Assembly (NCBI GenBank): GCA_041891055.1
Contig: CP169075.1
Span: forward strand, 32,001-96,000
Length of the DNA: 64,000 nt
Direction: 5' to 3'
Source: Halorutilales archaeon Cl-col2-1
GTDB lineage: Archaea; Halobacteriota; Halobacteria; Halobacteriales; Afararchaeaceae
Position numbers and translations under genes: made by a program
Notes under the pieces: generated by a model
Databases searched by the model: none
Seen by the model: only the letters and a program-made list of their open reading frames with translations
What the model was told of the DNA's origin: nothing
Part shown: positions 9,100 through 19,813 of the stretch, piece by piece
How the letters are laid out: each line of letters opens with the position of its first letter
Position numbering within the stretch: the stretch's first letter is position 1

Positions 9100-10776
9100 A
9101 TGAAAATTTCTTATCAGAATGCGAATCCACGCAAAGGTCACGAAAGCTACTACATCAAATTCGACGATGTCTCCAGCGCCAACACTAACTGTGTGTTAGT
9201 CGACTCCGGAAAACAAGTCGACGTTGAAAACGACTTGGACGACGACGAGTATCTCTCTGCAATACTTCTAACACACGCCCACGCCGACCACTACCAAACA
9301 CTCGTCGAGAATATCCAAGATGGGGCAGAAGTAATTATGACACCAGCTACTGCTTCTATCTTAGAGACTGTACTCTCCGAAGCCTCGAAACACTCCAAGA
9401 TAGATAACCTCGACTGGGAGAGTATAGAGGACTCGATAAAGACTGTAACCGACTGGTACGAGTTATCCTCGAATGTCAAACTACGTCCTGTACCTGCCGG
9501 TCATGTCCCTGGAGCATGTAGCTACCTGATACAGTTTGACGACGATAAACACATACTATCTACGGGAGATTTCACCTTCGACAGGGCGGCGGGATATCCA
9601 CCGATACCAGAAAACGAACTAAGTGAGATCGGTATAGACATACTCTTTCTAAACTCCTCGACCTCACAACCCGGAGAACTCACAGAATCAATAGATGCTA
9701 TCTTAGAACAGGCGATCTCCGGTAGTGATGTCCTCGTGACTGCAAGCGGCATGACCTGTGTCAAATATGTCTATCTTCTCGGACACCTAATAGAAGAAAG
9801 GGACATCAACCTCTCGGTCTCTATAGCTGGGCAAGCAGCTAAGATATACGATGACCTCGACTACGACGTACCAAACGTAACTTCGTATCCTGTCTATGAA
9901 TCTACTGACGAGGTTTTGGAGTCAGATATCTCAGTAGCAGGTCCTGAAAAGCCAGAAGAAGGGTCAAGTAAGATCTTGTTCGATGAGATAAAACACGATC
10001 CTTCAGCAACTCTCGTTCGGATACTCGCAGCTTTCAGCCGCTCGATGGAGTCGGCTAGCTGTACTGTGATGGAGTTCAAACGGGTAAATCATCCCACAGA
10101 AGATGAGATGTATAAGTTCATAGAAGATCTAAACCCAGTACATACCGTAATACAGCACGGTGGCAAGACAAAATGGGGCGACGTATTCGATTTCACTCTA
10201 ACATGGGCAGACGACGAGACCGTATCACGTGTACTGTATTCTAACGGAGACTGGGAAAAACCCGGGTGGCTCAAAGATGAGACATACGAGATGATACTTC
10301 GGAATAACAGGTCACATGGCGAGCCAGATCTCTCCGGTGTAGTTGGAGAAAATCTCGACGAGATAATGACTCCCGAACTACCTAGTCTAGAGATATCAGA
10401 AGAACCTGACTTGGAAAAAGAAGGAGTGGAGTTAGACGAGATTGCTAAAAGAGACCTTCATAGTTCGAGTGAAAACGAGGGCTTCGAAGCTGAGTCTAAG
10501 CCTGAAAAAGAAGTGAGACGTACTTCTGTTCAGAATCGGGAAGATACTGATTTCGAAGGCGAAGACGTTTCTCTACGGGATCTAAAGCAGATACTCGAGA
10601 GAATAGAAAAACAGTTCGATTCTAATTCTAATTCTGAGACCTACGAGGCTTTCGTCGTCGACACAGGCGAAGGAGGAGACTTATTAGTCCGTATTGATGG
10701 ACACACATCAGATGATTTGGATCTAGAGCACGGTCAGATCATCAATGTCTCTCTAGATAATCAAAAGAATAGATAA
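9100..10776 (+). CDS. MBL-fold (beta-CASP-like) metallo-hydrolase/nuclease
   Basis: LVDSG, THAHADH, AGHVPGA, STGDF; acidic C-terminal extension. Confidence 0.85.
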   Translation: MKISYQNANPRKGHESYYIKFDDVSSANTNCVLVDSGKQVDVENDLDDDEYLSAILLTHAHADHYQTLVENIQDGAEVIMTPATASILETVLSEASKHSKIDNLDWESIEDSIKTVTDWYELSSNVKLRPVPAGHVPGACSYLIQFDDDKHILSTGDFTFDRAAGYPPIPENELSEIGIDILFLNSSTSQPGELTESIDAILEQAISGSDVLVTASGMTCVKYVYLLGHLIEERDINLSVSIAGQAAKIYDDLDYDVPNVTSYPVYESTDEVLESDISVAGPEKPEEGSSKILFDEIKHDPSATLVRILAAFSRSMESASCTVMEFKRVNHPTEDEMYKFIEDLNPVHTVIQHGGKTKWGDVFDFTLTWADDETVSRVLYSNGDWEKPGWLKDETYEMILRNNRSHGEPDLSGVVGENLDEIMTPELPSLEISEEPDLEKEGVELDEIAKRDLHSSSENEGFEAESKPEKEVRRTSVQNREDTDFEGEDVSLRDLKQILERIEKQFDSNSNSETYEAFVVDTGEGGDLLVRIDGHTSDDLDLEHGQIINVSLDNQKNR

Positions 10777-11047
10777 CAGCAATCTAATCTTAAAAAGAAG
10801 TCTTAATTAAATAGTTATAAGCTAAAAATAACTCTAATTAAATGATAATATAGACCTATAGAGATATGAAGCTGACTGTCTAAAAGATATTATTCTATAT
10901 CTAAGTGGCTATTTATTAACTAATTACCAGTCACAAACTAAGTATCTACATCTTTATTTAAATTTTTATTTATACTATATTTATAAGTAATGTAAACCTA
11001 ATAAACTTAAAAGACAACAAAGCTGGTTTAATATGTAAAGTAAAACC

Positions 11048-11465
11048 CGATGACAGCCAGATTTGGGCAAACCTAAAAATTAAGCAATTACTTATAAAAA
11101 GAAAACCTGAAAACGCAAGACCTGACAGAGTAAGTAACTAATTATTTAGAACAAACTCTCTCACCAAGATGAAAACGCATGACAGCAAAGAGGTCAAAAC
11201 TATAATCGCAAGACATGACAGAGTAGAATACAAATACGAAAATAACACCTAAATCAAGAAAACCATAATCGCAAGACATGACAGAGTAGACGAATTATCC
11301 AGAAACCATAATCGCAAGACATGACAGAGTAAGAAAATAACAAAAATACATCTCACACCAAAACCACCATACAGCAACGTCATGGATAAATAATTAAACC
11401 GATGACAGAGTAGAATCTTACAAAAACTGAAATCACCCCCTAAACCGCAAGACATGACAGAGTAA
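11048..11465 (+). repeat. Cluster of direct repeats CGCAAGACATGACAGAGTA beside an AT-rich tract
   Basis: Full copies at about 11114 (1 mismatch), 11207, 11270, 11313 and 11446; partial ATGACAG at 11050, 11179 and 11402; AT-rich tract at about 10780-11040. Confidence 0.85.
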
Positions 11466-11660
11466 ACCGAAAAATCGAGCAAAACAACGACCTAGAAAGG
11501 GTGGGGTAATAGGCTGTTTTTGGTGGGTATGCGAATTTGGTGGTTTACGAAATACCAAAATTCGGTTTTGGCGTCTTTTTTGACCCCACGGTTTTGTTTG
11601 AGACAGTATGTGTGAGTGAGTTGTTGATGAGGCAGTTTCTCTAACTTAGTATTGATTGAG

Positions 11661-11852
11661 ATGACTGAAATCAAGACATCGGAAAAAGAGAACACAGAAA
11701 CGAAAACGATAGATCACCGAGTTCCTTTATCTGGTGTGACAGTATACGAAGACGATTATCTAGAGGTAGAGTTTTCACGAAGTGTTTTCGGAAGCGAAGA
11801 AAGGAAGGAAAGAATGGCAGACGAGTTCAGAGATGGCGTAGTATCAGTCTAA
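11661..11852 (+). CDS. Small hypothetical protein
   Basis: 63-aa acidic ORF with no recognisable motif. Confidence 0.4.
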   Translation: MTEIKTSEKENTETKTIDHRVPLSGVTVYEDDYLEVEFSRSVFGSEERKERMADEFRDGVVSV

Positions 11853-12429
11853 TAAAAAGAATACAGGGTAGTATAAAGAAGAAGGCAAAAGATAGTAGTA
11901 TAGACGATAATAGAGTAGATGGACATCATCCAGATGTAGATGTGATAGAGTAGGATGTTTCTCTAAGGGTGTTTCTATGGTGTTACGAGGGAGATATGTA
12001 TGTTAGGTAGTTTTTCGTCTCTATGGCGTTGTGAGAGGCTTTGTGAGAGTGTGAGTACGTGTGTGTCTGTAGTGGTAGTGTCTTCTACATTAGCCTTAGT
12101 GGTGTAGTCATAGTTGGTGTTGTTGACGGTGTCTCTTTTTACCGAAGCCCTCGGTCTTTCGGTCGGTCTGACTCGCTGCGCTCTGGTTTGCCCATAGGTT
12201 GTCCCAGTGCTTGCGTCGTCAGACACGAGCCGAAGAGCCCTCGCCCTTCGTGAGTCCACCGAGGGGTTGGTTTTTCGGCTACTTTACGTCAACACCGGAG
12301 ACACGAGGTTGGGTTTCTGGTTCTAGACGGTACTTTCGCGCTTCCACACAGGGTGTATAGTTGAGAGAGGTATATTGGAATTCTTCTTTGGAGGTGGTTG
12401 GGAGAAGGGCTAGACAACATTAGAGTGAG

Positions 12430-12546
12430 AGCTAACCAACATTTTCGGAGAATTGTCTAGAGATGTTGGTTAGCTAGGGGAGGATACACTCCAAAGCGGG
12501 TGTGGTGGTGTCGGTGTTAAGCTGGGTCAGGTGACTCAGGTTAACA
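12430..12546 (+). repeat. Composite B-linker-A repeat, copy 2
   Basis: Site B at 12430-12475; site A at 12515-12546. Confidence 0.95.
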
Positions 12547-12869
12547 CTTCGTCTAACTACAGTCTCGCTGTGAAGTTCCACACGCCGAAGAACATCGCCA
12601 CCTCGATCACCGTCGAAGCCGCGGAGCTTCTCGAGTTATTCCAGTGGCACGGAAACTTCTCACCGTCTCAGATCAAGGAGAACTCTGAGTTAATGGATGA
12701 GATCGAAGACGAGCTTGCTGATATTCTTCTCTACTGCATGAGCATGGCGATACACTTGGACATTGACCTTGAGGAAGCAGTCGAAAGGAAACTCGAGAAA
12801 AACAAGGAGAGGTATAATGAGGAGAGAGACGACGAGATACGTGAGGAACTAGAAGAATGGCAGGAGTGA
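12531..12869 (+). pseudogene. MazG-like nucleotide pyrophosphohydrolase, native N-terminus missing
   Basis: FHTPKNIATSITVEAAELLELFQW...EDELADILLY...KLEKNKERY; the first ~14 codons derive from site A and filler sequence. Confidence 0.8.
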
Positions 12870-12870
12870 G

Positions 12871-13896
12871 TTATTCCATCTCCACGTTCCTCATCTCCCG
12901 CCTTTTCTCTAAGAACTTAGTATGAGGATAGAGATCCTCATCGTCAGGCAAGTTAATTTTCTTCCCCTCTAACTTCTTGAACTCGTTATAGCCATTTCTC
13001 TCGGGCTCGTCTCTTACGACAATTTCGTAGTCATCTGTTATAACGAACCATCCGACATCGAACGCCCAATGGTGTAGTCTGCATAACGCGATCCCGTTCT
13101 GAATAACATCGCTCCCATTCTTTCTCTTAGGATAGATATGTGCTGCCTCTACCTCGGGGTTTCCATCGGGAGACTCTCGATTACTACCACAGACTGCACA
13201 TGTCTCGTTGTAGGCTTCCTTAACTAACTCTGAGAAAGCCGAATCTCGGGCTCGTCGTTGGGTTTGAGTGTATTCATCTCTTTCCTCGGTTAGCTGTGGG
13301 TCGTTTTTCGATGCTTCTCTTAGCTTTGACTTCTTGTCTTCAATTGACTGGTTAGAAGGTTCTACGTTTAACTCTAGCTTATCAAGAATTTCTCTACCCG
13401 AGTCTGTTATCTGACTTACGTCATCTGAACGCTTTACGAAGCCGAGAACCTGTAGCCATTCTCTGTGACGGGTAGCTACACCCGTTGAATCCATATCACA
13501 CTCTTTGAATTCGGATCTCAACAGATACTTAATCTCTTCATCAGTCATCGGCTGCTGAGTCAGCTCTAGAAGAATCTCATCGAAGCCTTTGACGCCCGAT
13601 CGGAGACCTTCGTATAGTATAGACGAGTCTTGGTTCTCAAGATAAGATTCACCTATTTCGCCTAAGAAATATTTTGAGTCGGACTCCTTTAGCACTCGAA
13701 TCGATTCTAGGAAGCTTAGGTGCCTTGGAACAGTTTCTCGACTTCTTGCTTTTGTATTCGAGAGCACCCATTCTATCAACTCTCCTTCAGAAGGAGAGTT
13801 AGATTCAACGTAATCGAGCATCTGCACCAATAGATTGAGACGGTTATTAACACCTCCATAGAACCGGTCTGCGGTCATCCGACGGTCATCAGACAT
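12871..13896 (-). CDS. HNH endonuclease with N-terminal winged-helix-like domains
   Basis: RDSAFSELVKEAYNETCAVCG, EAAHIYP, NGIALCRLHHWAFD. Confidence 0.9.
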   Translation of the reverse strand: MSDDRRMTADRFYGGVNNRLNLLVQMLDYVESNSPSEGELIEWVLSNTKARSRETVPRHLSFLESIRVLKESDSKYFLGEIGESYLENQDSSILYEGLRSGVKGFDEILLELTQQPMTDEEIKYLLRSEFKECDMDSTGVATRHREWLQVLGFVKRSDDVSQITDSGREILDKLELNVEPSNQSIEDKKSKLREASKNDPQLTEERDEYTQTQRRARDSAFSELVKEAYNETCAVCGSNRESPDGNPEVEAAHIYPKRKNGSDVIQNGIALCRLHHWAFDVGWFVITDDYEIVVRDEPERNGYNEFKKLEGKKINLPDDEDLYPHTKFLEKRREMRNVEME

Positions 13897-14016
13897 TTTT
13901 GATGGCTATAGTTTTGGAAGACTATCAGATAAAGATGTCTCGGAGTTTCTATTTCCCGAGTGAAATCCTCTTTATGCAAGAAAGAGTGAAGTAGAATACT
14001 CTCATACATACTGAAC

Positions 14017-17007
14017 ATGTCAGGATTATCGGATTCTGAAATAGAAGAACGAATCCAAGAATATAGACACAAGACGGATTGGGATCAACTAAAGAGAAAC
14101 GCGAATATTACATCTGAGGCGGTTCGAGACTTAGCGGAATCTCTAGTAAAAGAAAGGCAGATGGGAGAGTATGAACTGACTACACTCTATCGATTATGCC
14201 AGAATACCGATGCATCTTCTATCCAAAACAAGGAGGAGAGAATAGATAATCTTGACATCCCAGAGGAAGATAAGAAACAGATAAAAGATCTTCTAGACAG
14301 TAAAATGGGATCGGTCGGAAAGGGAGTAAGAAGTCTCGATCCGAAAGGTCATGACGAAGAAGTTCTTGATTTAATAGAGACTCTCGTTAACTCCGATGAC
14401 AGGAGTGAGATTGACTCCGCAATTGACGAATTCGCTTCTTTAGAGATTAGTGGCATCCAGTCGGGGAAAATATCACCTATCTTCTATTATCTACACCCAG
14501 AAAAATATCCAATAAATAATACCTCTTCCCGGGAGGGCATGGAGGAAATATTCGGGAAAGAAATTTCTAGACAACTTAGCGATTATGTTGATGAGGTGGA
14601 GAAATACAAAGAAGTGAAAGAAAAATCCGACTTCGCTAAGAATTATCGAGAACTCGATTTCTTCCTATTCAAAGGAAGAGAACAACAGACGGAGATTGAC
14701 GAAGACCAGGATCAGGATCTATATCTCATAAAAATAGGAGACCATTGGCGAGATGAATTTGAGAAAACAGTCGAAAGCCCTGTTTACGCTGAGGATCGTA
14801 GAGGTAGTCCACCACCCGAATTCGGGGATATTGAGGGAGAGCGTATATGGGGAACAGAAGGCGGAGAAAATACATTTGATGACATGGATCCGGATGACTA
14901 TCTTCTTTTCTACTATGACGATATGTTCTTCGCCACTGGGAAAGTAGGCAGAAAGAAAAAGAGCCGTGATCTTGGTGACTTTATCTGGGATAATGAAGCA
15001 AGTAAATATGTCTATACTGTCAAGGATTTCAGGCACATTGAAATTCCCGAGGATTATCTCTGGGATCTTCTAAATTATAAGGAATCATACTATCTACGAG
15101 CTGCTATGAACAGTATTTCTGACGATAGAATGGAATCATTATTTGAAGAATATTCGTCAATAGAGGCTCTGATAGATGAATACTCTAAGAGTGGGACTGG
15201 TACCAGCTATTATTGGGTTAACCAGACAAGAGGTGTAGAAGTGGAAGAAGAGTTCCTTAGAGCTAAGGCAGATAACGAACCCAGTCACGATCTTACTGTT
15301 TTAGACAAGGGAGATATTATCTTCCACTATAAAGACCAGAACATAATAGGTCACTCTGAGGTTGTAAGTGATGCAAGAGTTGAGGAAGAAGGTAATGGTG
15401 ATTATTATTTCGTAGACGTTGATTTTCACAGATACGACGAGAAACCATCTCTTGACCAGGTTAAAGACTATCTTATGCGGGAAGAGGTTAGACTCGATGA
15501 ATATTATCCGCTGAATAGATTTGGAGGAGTGAATAGGGGATACCTCTTCAGCCTTTCTGATCAAGCTGGAAAGTGGCTTATGGGGGGAGAATGGGGACAG
15601 ACTCAGTACTTCTGGATTAACGCTGAGGGAGACTGGGTAGAGAACCAAGAGCTATCCTTCTACACTAGCATCACTGATAAAGAGAATCCACGAAAAGACG
15701 AGGAAGCATTCAATCGAGCGAAAAAGGGAGATAAAGTCGTTATATTCCGAGTATCTACGGAGAGGAAAATCGTAGGATTAGGAACCGTAGTAGAGGGTTT
15801 GCATAAGGAAAAGCCAGAGGATAAAGAGGATGAAGTACCAGGCATCACCATCAAGTCAGATGAAACAGTAGACGGACCAAGCTGGGAAAGAATCTCTAAT
15901 GATTCCGAGCTACAAGACTCAAGAGTAGTAGAGTCAAATAACTATGGAGCTGTTCTCATGGGGCTCGATCAGGAGGAGTATGATAGGCTTGTTGAACTAA
16001 CCAAACTTCAGATAGATAGAATCCCCGATAACATCGAGGTAGAAACAACTGAGCTTCACTTCCCTGGTAACAAGGAAGACGAAATTCTCGATCAAGTAAC
16101 TACAGCACTCGAGAACGGCAACCATGTTCTTCTCGTTGGACCTCCGGGAACAGGTAAGAGCAAACTAGCAAAGACCGTCTGTGAATCTATCGAGAATATC
16201 GATTATAACTTCGTCACAGCCAACTCTGACTGGTCTACCTTCGATACTGTCGGTGGATACCATCCAGAGAAAGACGAAAACCTGAGATTCAAGCCTGGAG
16301 TCTTCCTTGACAGCTTTAAGGATGAAAATGGACACCCACAGAACGAGTGGCTTGTTATAGACGAGATAAACCGTGCGGATATCGACAAAGCATTCGGATC
16401 CCTGTTTTCAGTTCTTGCTGGAGACGATGTAACGCTTTCGTTCACTGATGAGAGCGACGAGAACATACAGATCGTGTCCAACGGAGATATAATTCAGGGA
16501 AAGGAGGACAATATCTACTACGTCCCCGACGACTGGAGAATGATTTCGACGATGAATACACTTGATAAGACATCGCTGTACGAGATGAGCTATGCCTTCA
16601 TGCGAAGATGGGCTTTCGTCTCCGTTCCTGTTCCCGATATTCCCGGGGATAACGAGGAAGCAGGTGAATTAGTTGGAGAGTACGTCGATGTCTGGAGAGA
16701 TGGAGACACAGGTGGTACAGATATAGATAGAAACCGAGAAATTGCCGACATCTGGAGGATCGTGAATAAGCACCGGGAGATTGGACCTGCCATAGTTGAG
16801 GACATATACGAACACGTCAAGAACAGCCCTAATCCGGATTACGCTTCCGCCATTAGTATGTACGTGATACCACAGCTAGAGGGTCTAAGAGAAGCTGACC
16901 TTAGGGAGTTTGTGTCTGGATTAGAAGATTCGGAGGCTGACATAAACGTTGATCGTGTCCGTGACTTCATGGAAGACTACTTCCAGATAGATATTAGCAG
17001 AAACTAA
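14017..17007 (+). CDS. McrB-like AAA+ GTPase with a multi-domain N-terminus
   Basis: GPPGTGKS, LVIDEINRADIDKAFG, TMNTLD, MSYAFMRRWAF. Confidence 0.9.
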   Translation: MSGLSDSEIEERIQEYRHKTDWDQLKRNANITSEAVRDLAESLVKERQMGEYELTTLYRLCQNTDASSIQNKEERIDNLDIPEEDKKQIKDLLDSKMGSVGKGVRSLDPKGHDEEVLDLIETLVNSDDRSEIDSAIDEFASLEISGIQSGKISPIFYYLHPEKYPINNTSSREGMEEIFGKEISRQLSDYVDEVEKYKEVKEKSDFAKNYRELDFFLFKGREQQTEIDEDQDQDLYLIKIGDHWRDEFEKTVESPVYAEDRRGSPPPEFGDIEGERIWGTEGGENTFDDMDPDDYLLFYYDDMFFATGKVGRKKKSRDLGDFIWDNEASKYVYTVKDFRHIEIPEDYLWDLLNYKESYYLRAAMNSISDDRMESLFEEYSSIEALIDEYSKSGTGTSYYWVNQTRGVEVEEEFLRAKADNEPSHDLTVLDKGDIIFHYKDQNIIGHSEVVSDARVEEEGNGDYYFVDVDFHRYDEKPSLDQVKDYLMREEVRLDEYYPLNRFGGVNRGYLFSLSDQAGKWLMGGEWGQTQYFWINAEGDWVENQELSFYTSITDKENPRKDEEAFNRAKKGDKVVIFRVSTERKIVGLGTVVEGLHKEKPEDKEDEVPGITIKSDETVDGPSWERISNDSELQDSRVVESNNYGAVLMGLDQEEYDRLVELTKLQIDRIPDNIEVETTELHFPGNKEDEILDQVTTALENGNHVLLVGPPGTGKSKLAKTVCESIENIDYNFVTANSDWSTFDTVGGYHPEKDENLRFKPGVFLDSFKDENGHPQNEWLVIDEINRADIDKAFGSLFSVLAGDDVTLSFTDESDENIQIVSNGDIIQGKEDNIYYVPDDWRMISTMNTLDKTSLYEMSYAFMRRWAFVSVPVPDIPGDNEEAGELVGEYVDVWRDGDTGGTDIDRNREIADIWRIVNKHREIGPAIVEDIYEHVKNSPNPDYASAISMYVIPQLEGLREADLREFVSGLEDSEADINVDRVRDFMEDYFQIDISRN

Positions 17008-17021
17008 GCAACTCAATCTCT

Positions 17022-18392
17022 ATGAAAACCGAACCAGAAGCCCTCGTCAACGAGATAGCTGATGACTTCAACAGCTATCTGAGTAAGGGAGTCCGGGTAG
17101 AGGAAATTGCATCTGGAGTGGATCCAAACCTCGATATCGACGATATAGAGAAAGTACTGCGTATCCATTTCGTTCTGACTGGAAGTCTTGACGACGAGAC
17201 CCAAACAGAGGAGACAGACGAAGAGGTAGGGGTCATAGATTTCGTGGATAATCTCCACGACGAAGTCCGAAGAATAAAAACTACTGTGACGAAGGATACA
17301 GTCTTTCTGGAGAACGAGGTTCGAGGGCGGATAGACTGGCAAGATACGATAAAGAAGAGATATCGATCAGCATCGCCCAATATAGGATACTCGTGTACAC
17401 AGACTCGAGAGAACTACAACATAGATGAAAATCTGGTTCTGAAACGTCTTCTATCCGTTATATACGAGATAATATTCGAGGATCTGAAGCCAGCCTTGGA
17501 GAATCCCGAGGACTACGCATGGTTCGAGCCTTGGATTGCCCCTGGAGAAGAAGATAAAGACGGTCTTAGACGTGTTGTGAGGGATGTTTTTCTCGATAAT
17601 GTCTATCTTCAACGTATAGAGATTGAGGATGGCCAGATCACCGACAGGATGATAGAGTCGGTGAAAAAATCTCGAATCCCACTATACAGGAACGCAGCTG
17701 AGCTTCTGGATCGGTATCGTCGCCTTAAAAGACAGGACATCGATATTGATGAAGCCAAAGAACTACTGGAGAATACCTTCATCCGCCCAAGCGAGAACGA
17801 GAGACTGTTTGAGCTCTACTGGGTTTTCAGAATCCTTTCTGAGTACGAGGAAGCTCATTTCAAGGTGATAGACGAAGACTATGAGGGGTTAGTTGCACAC
17901 TGGGAGGACGAAGAGTACGAGTACAAGATGTTCCATGATTCGGTAGGGGGAATGGAGTTCTCGGAGGAGATAGAGAAGGATAACGTACCGGAAGAAGACG
18001 GATATTTACGAAGGCTTTTTGAGGTCAACGAGGAGTTCAACAGGCTTCAGTATAAGTTGCTCAATAGAGAGAGTAATAAAGGACTCTGGGGAGGACGTCC
18101 AGATATACTGATAGAGAAAAAGAGGAAGAAAGGGGGCGATGTTAAGGAGATATTTGTGGGCGAGGTCAAATATACCCGTGATAAGGGATACGCAGCTAAG
18201 GGACTACGGGAGCTTCTCGAGTATATGGCGTTTGTTAAAGGCTCAGGTGAAGAATACATCGAAAATGAGGGAGATCTTTTTGACTGCGAGAATGTTAGAG
18301 GAATGCTGTTTGTTGATTCTATTGACAAAGTGGAGGAAGTAAACGAGGATATTCGAGTGGTTGGGTTTGGAGAAGAAGTTGAAGTGGACTAA
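17022..18392 (+). CDS. McrC-like PD-(D/E)XK nuclease
   Basis: VRGRIDWQDT, ENLVLK, LFELY, RPDI...GEVKY; lies directly downstream of the McrB-like gene. Confidence 0.85.
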   Translation: MKTEPEALVNEIADDFNSYLSKGVRVEEIASGVDPNLDIDDIEKVLRIHFVLTGSLDDETQTEETDEEVGVIDFVDNLHDEVRRIKTTVTKDTVFLENEVRGRIDWQDTIKKRYRSASPNIGYSCTQTRENYNIDENLVLKRLLSVIYEIIFEDLKPALENPEDYAWFEPWIAPGEEDKDGLRRVVRDVFLDNVYLQRIEIEDGQITDRMIESVKKSRIPLYRNAAELLDRYRRLKRQDIDIDEAKELLENTFIRPSENERLFELYWVFRILSEYEEAHFKVIDEDYEGLVAHWEDEEYEYKMFHDSVGGMEFSEEIEKDNVPEEDGYLRRLFEVNEEFNRLQYKLLNRESNKGLWGGRPDILIEKKRKKGGDVKEIFVGEVKYTRDKGYAAKGLRELLEYMAFVKGSGEEYIENEGDLFDCENVRGMLFVDSIDKVEEVNEDIRVVGFGEEVEVD

Positions 18393-18583
18393 CTAAGCTG
18401 TAACAGGCATGTCGACGCTAATACTGTTACCATACTGTCTGCTTCTTTCTCCCACCTTCTTCAAGCTCTATTGACTCGATTCTTGAATGTCTGATTTACA
18501 AGAAACTCGTACACTTAGACCTCTATATCACGCATATAGACGCTCTCGACGCAGATACAAGTCCGTGAGTGTCCGGTTTTATT

Positions 18584-18768
18584 GGCTTTGGTGAATCGCC
18601 GTACTGAGGTGAATTATAAACGAGAAAGTATACAGCTTCCTCTAAGCCGTCTATTTGAGTTTTGACTTAGATTATCAGCCAAGATACGATGATTTTGGAC
18701 TAGTTTAGCTCAGGAATTCGTACCTGACCCCACCCAATACCGACGCTTCCTAGTGATTCACCAGAGCC
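18584..18768. mobile_element. MITE with IS5-family terminal inverted repeats
   Basis: GGCTTTGGTGAATC...GATTCACCAGAGCC, the same TIRs as 39430-40508; internal sequence similar to 57281-57425. Confidence 0.85.
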
Positions 18769-19183
18769 GAGTGTGCCGAAGAAACATGCCTCGAAGTCAT
18801 CTAGATAAGGTCTTACTTCGGGGAAACTCCGAGGAAGCACGTATATATCTACTTCTTCGGGATGGTCGTGAACTAACAGAATATCGTCGTTGTAGGTAGT
18901 ACGACGGGGAAGATTCTGTAACCAAGTAATCGGGTGGGAGAGTCAACTGTCGTCTACAGGAGTGTACAGCTCACCATCGACTACGAATCCATTGTCGACC
19001 TGTTCGACGTCTCCTCCTTCTCTCCATCCGTAATACACTATCTGGTGTAGAGTCTTAGTTTCTCCATCGGTATTCTCAAACTCTTTTTCACGGGCTGTTT
19101 TTTCTTTCTCAGTCATATTTACTATATTACTCGTTACCTCACTCGTTGCTCTTGCAGATATCTCACGTAAAATACGGGCATGC

Positions 19184-19723
19184 GTGAAGTACCCCGCGCA
19201 CGATGGCGCGGGGCTTCGCCGTTTGGCCTCTTCCCAAGACTGGAAGCGTAACGGCGGCAGGCGAATTTAATTTCCTCCGCACTTCCCAGATGGGTCGTGT
19301 GGGAGCAGTAACACCCGAACACGCCGTGTCTCCTACCGCACTAGAGATCGTCTAGTGCTGCCGTAGGTGGCGTGTCCGTGGAGGTCGGCGGCTTCACCAC
19401 CGCCCGACACACTTGAAGCCCGGCGCAACCTTGCGGTGTTTTGCGAGGCGGATAACGTGGCTCCCGTACTGTAAATATGGTTCGACAGCAACTTGAACAT
19501 ATGGATTGTGCAGCGGAGCGAACGCGCTTCACCCCCGCCCACGGTGTTGACGCAAATCAAAGATTTGCGAAAGTCCCGAGATCTCCGATCTCGTGTGCTC
19601 GCTAATCGGAGATTAGCGAAAGTTGTTAGATCTCCGATCTAACAGCCCGTGAATCTATGATTCACGAAGCCGAAAACCTGCGGTTTTCGGAAGGGCGGGG
19701 AACTCGCGCTGCCTTTCGTTTAG
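19184..19723 (-). mobile_element. Non-coding IS200/IS605 derivative with a structured RNA-like 3' part
   Basis: Homologous (inverted) to 37930-38381; ends ...GGGGTACTTCAC; left-end hairpin CCCCGCCC...GGGCGGGG. Confidence 0.75.
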
Positions 19724-19813
19724 ATATTTTGGTCAGCTATCCAAACCGTCTTGGATTCACAAACTGGTTTGTATGTAGTCTGTGTATGACTTGAAAGAAA
19801 TCAGAATCAACCA

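Noticed and set aside
11114-11465. CRISPR array
   Set aside because: Spacing is irregular (36-81 nt between cores), repeats are truncated, the intervening DNA is low-complexity A-rich, and there are no cas genes in the window.
12140-12270. tRNA or other known ncRNA in the GC-rich dyad region
   Set aside because: There is no cloverleaf or T-loop signature. It resembles a generic haloarchaeal intergenic palindromic repeat and has only one copy here.
18780-19130. Small gene on the minus strand
   Set aside because: There is an acidic reading-frame patch, but it is broken by frameshifts and stops and could not be assigned.
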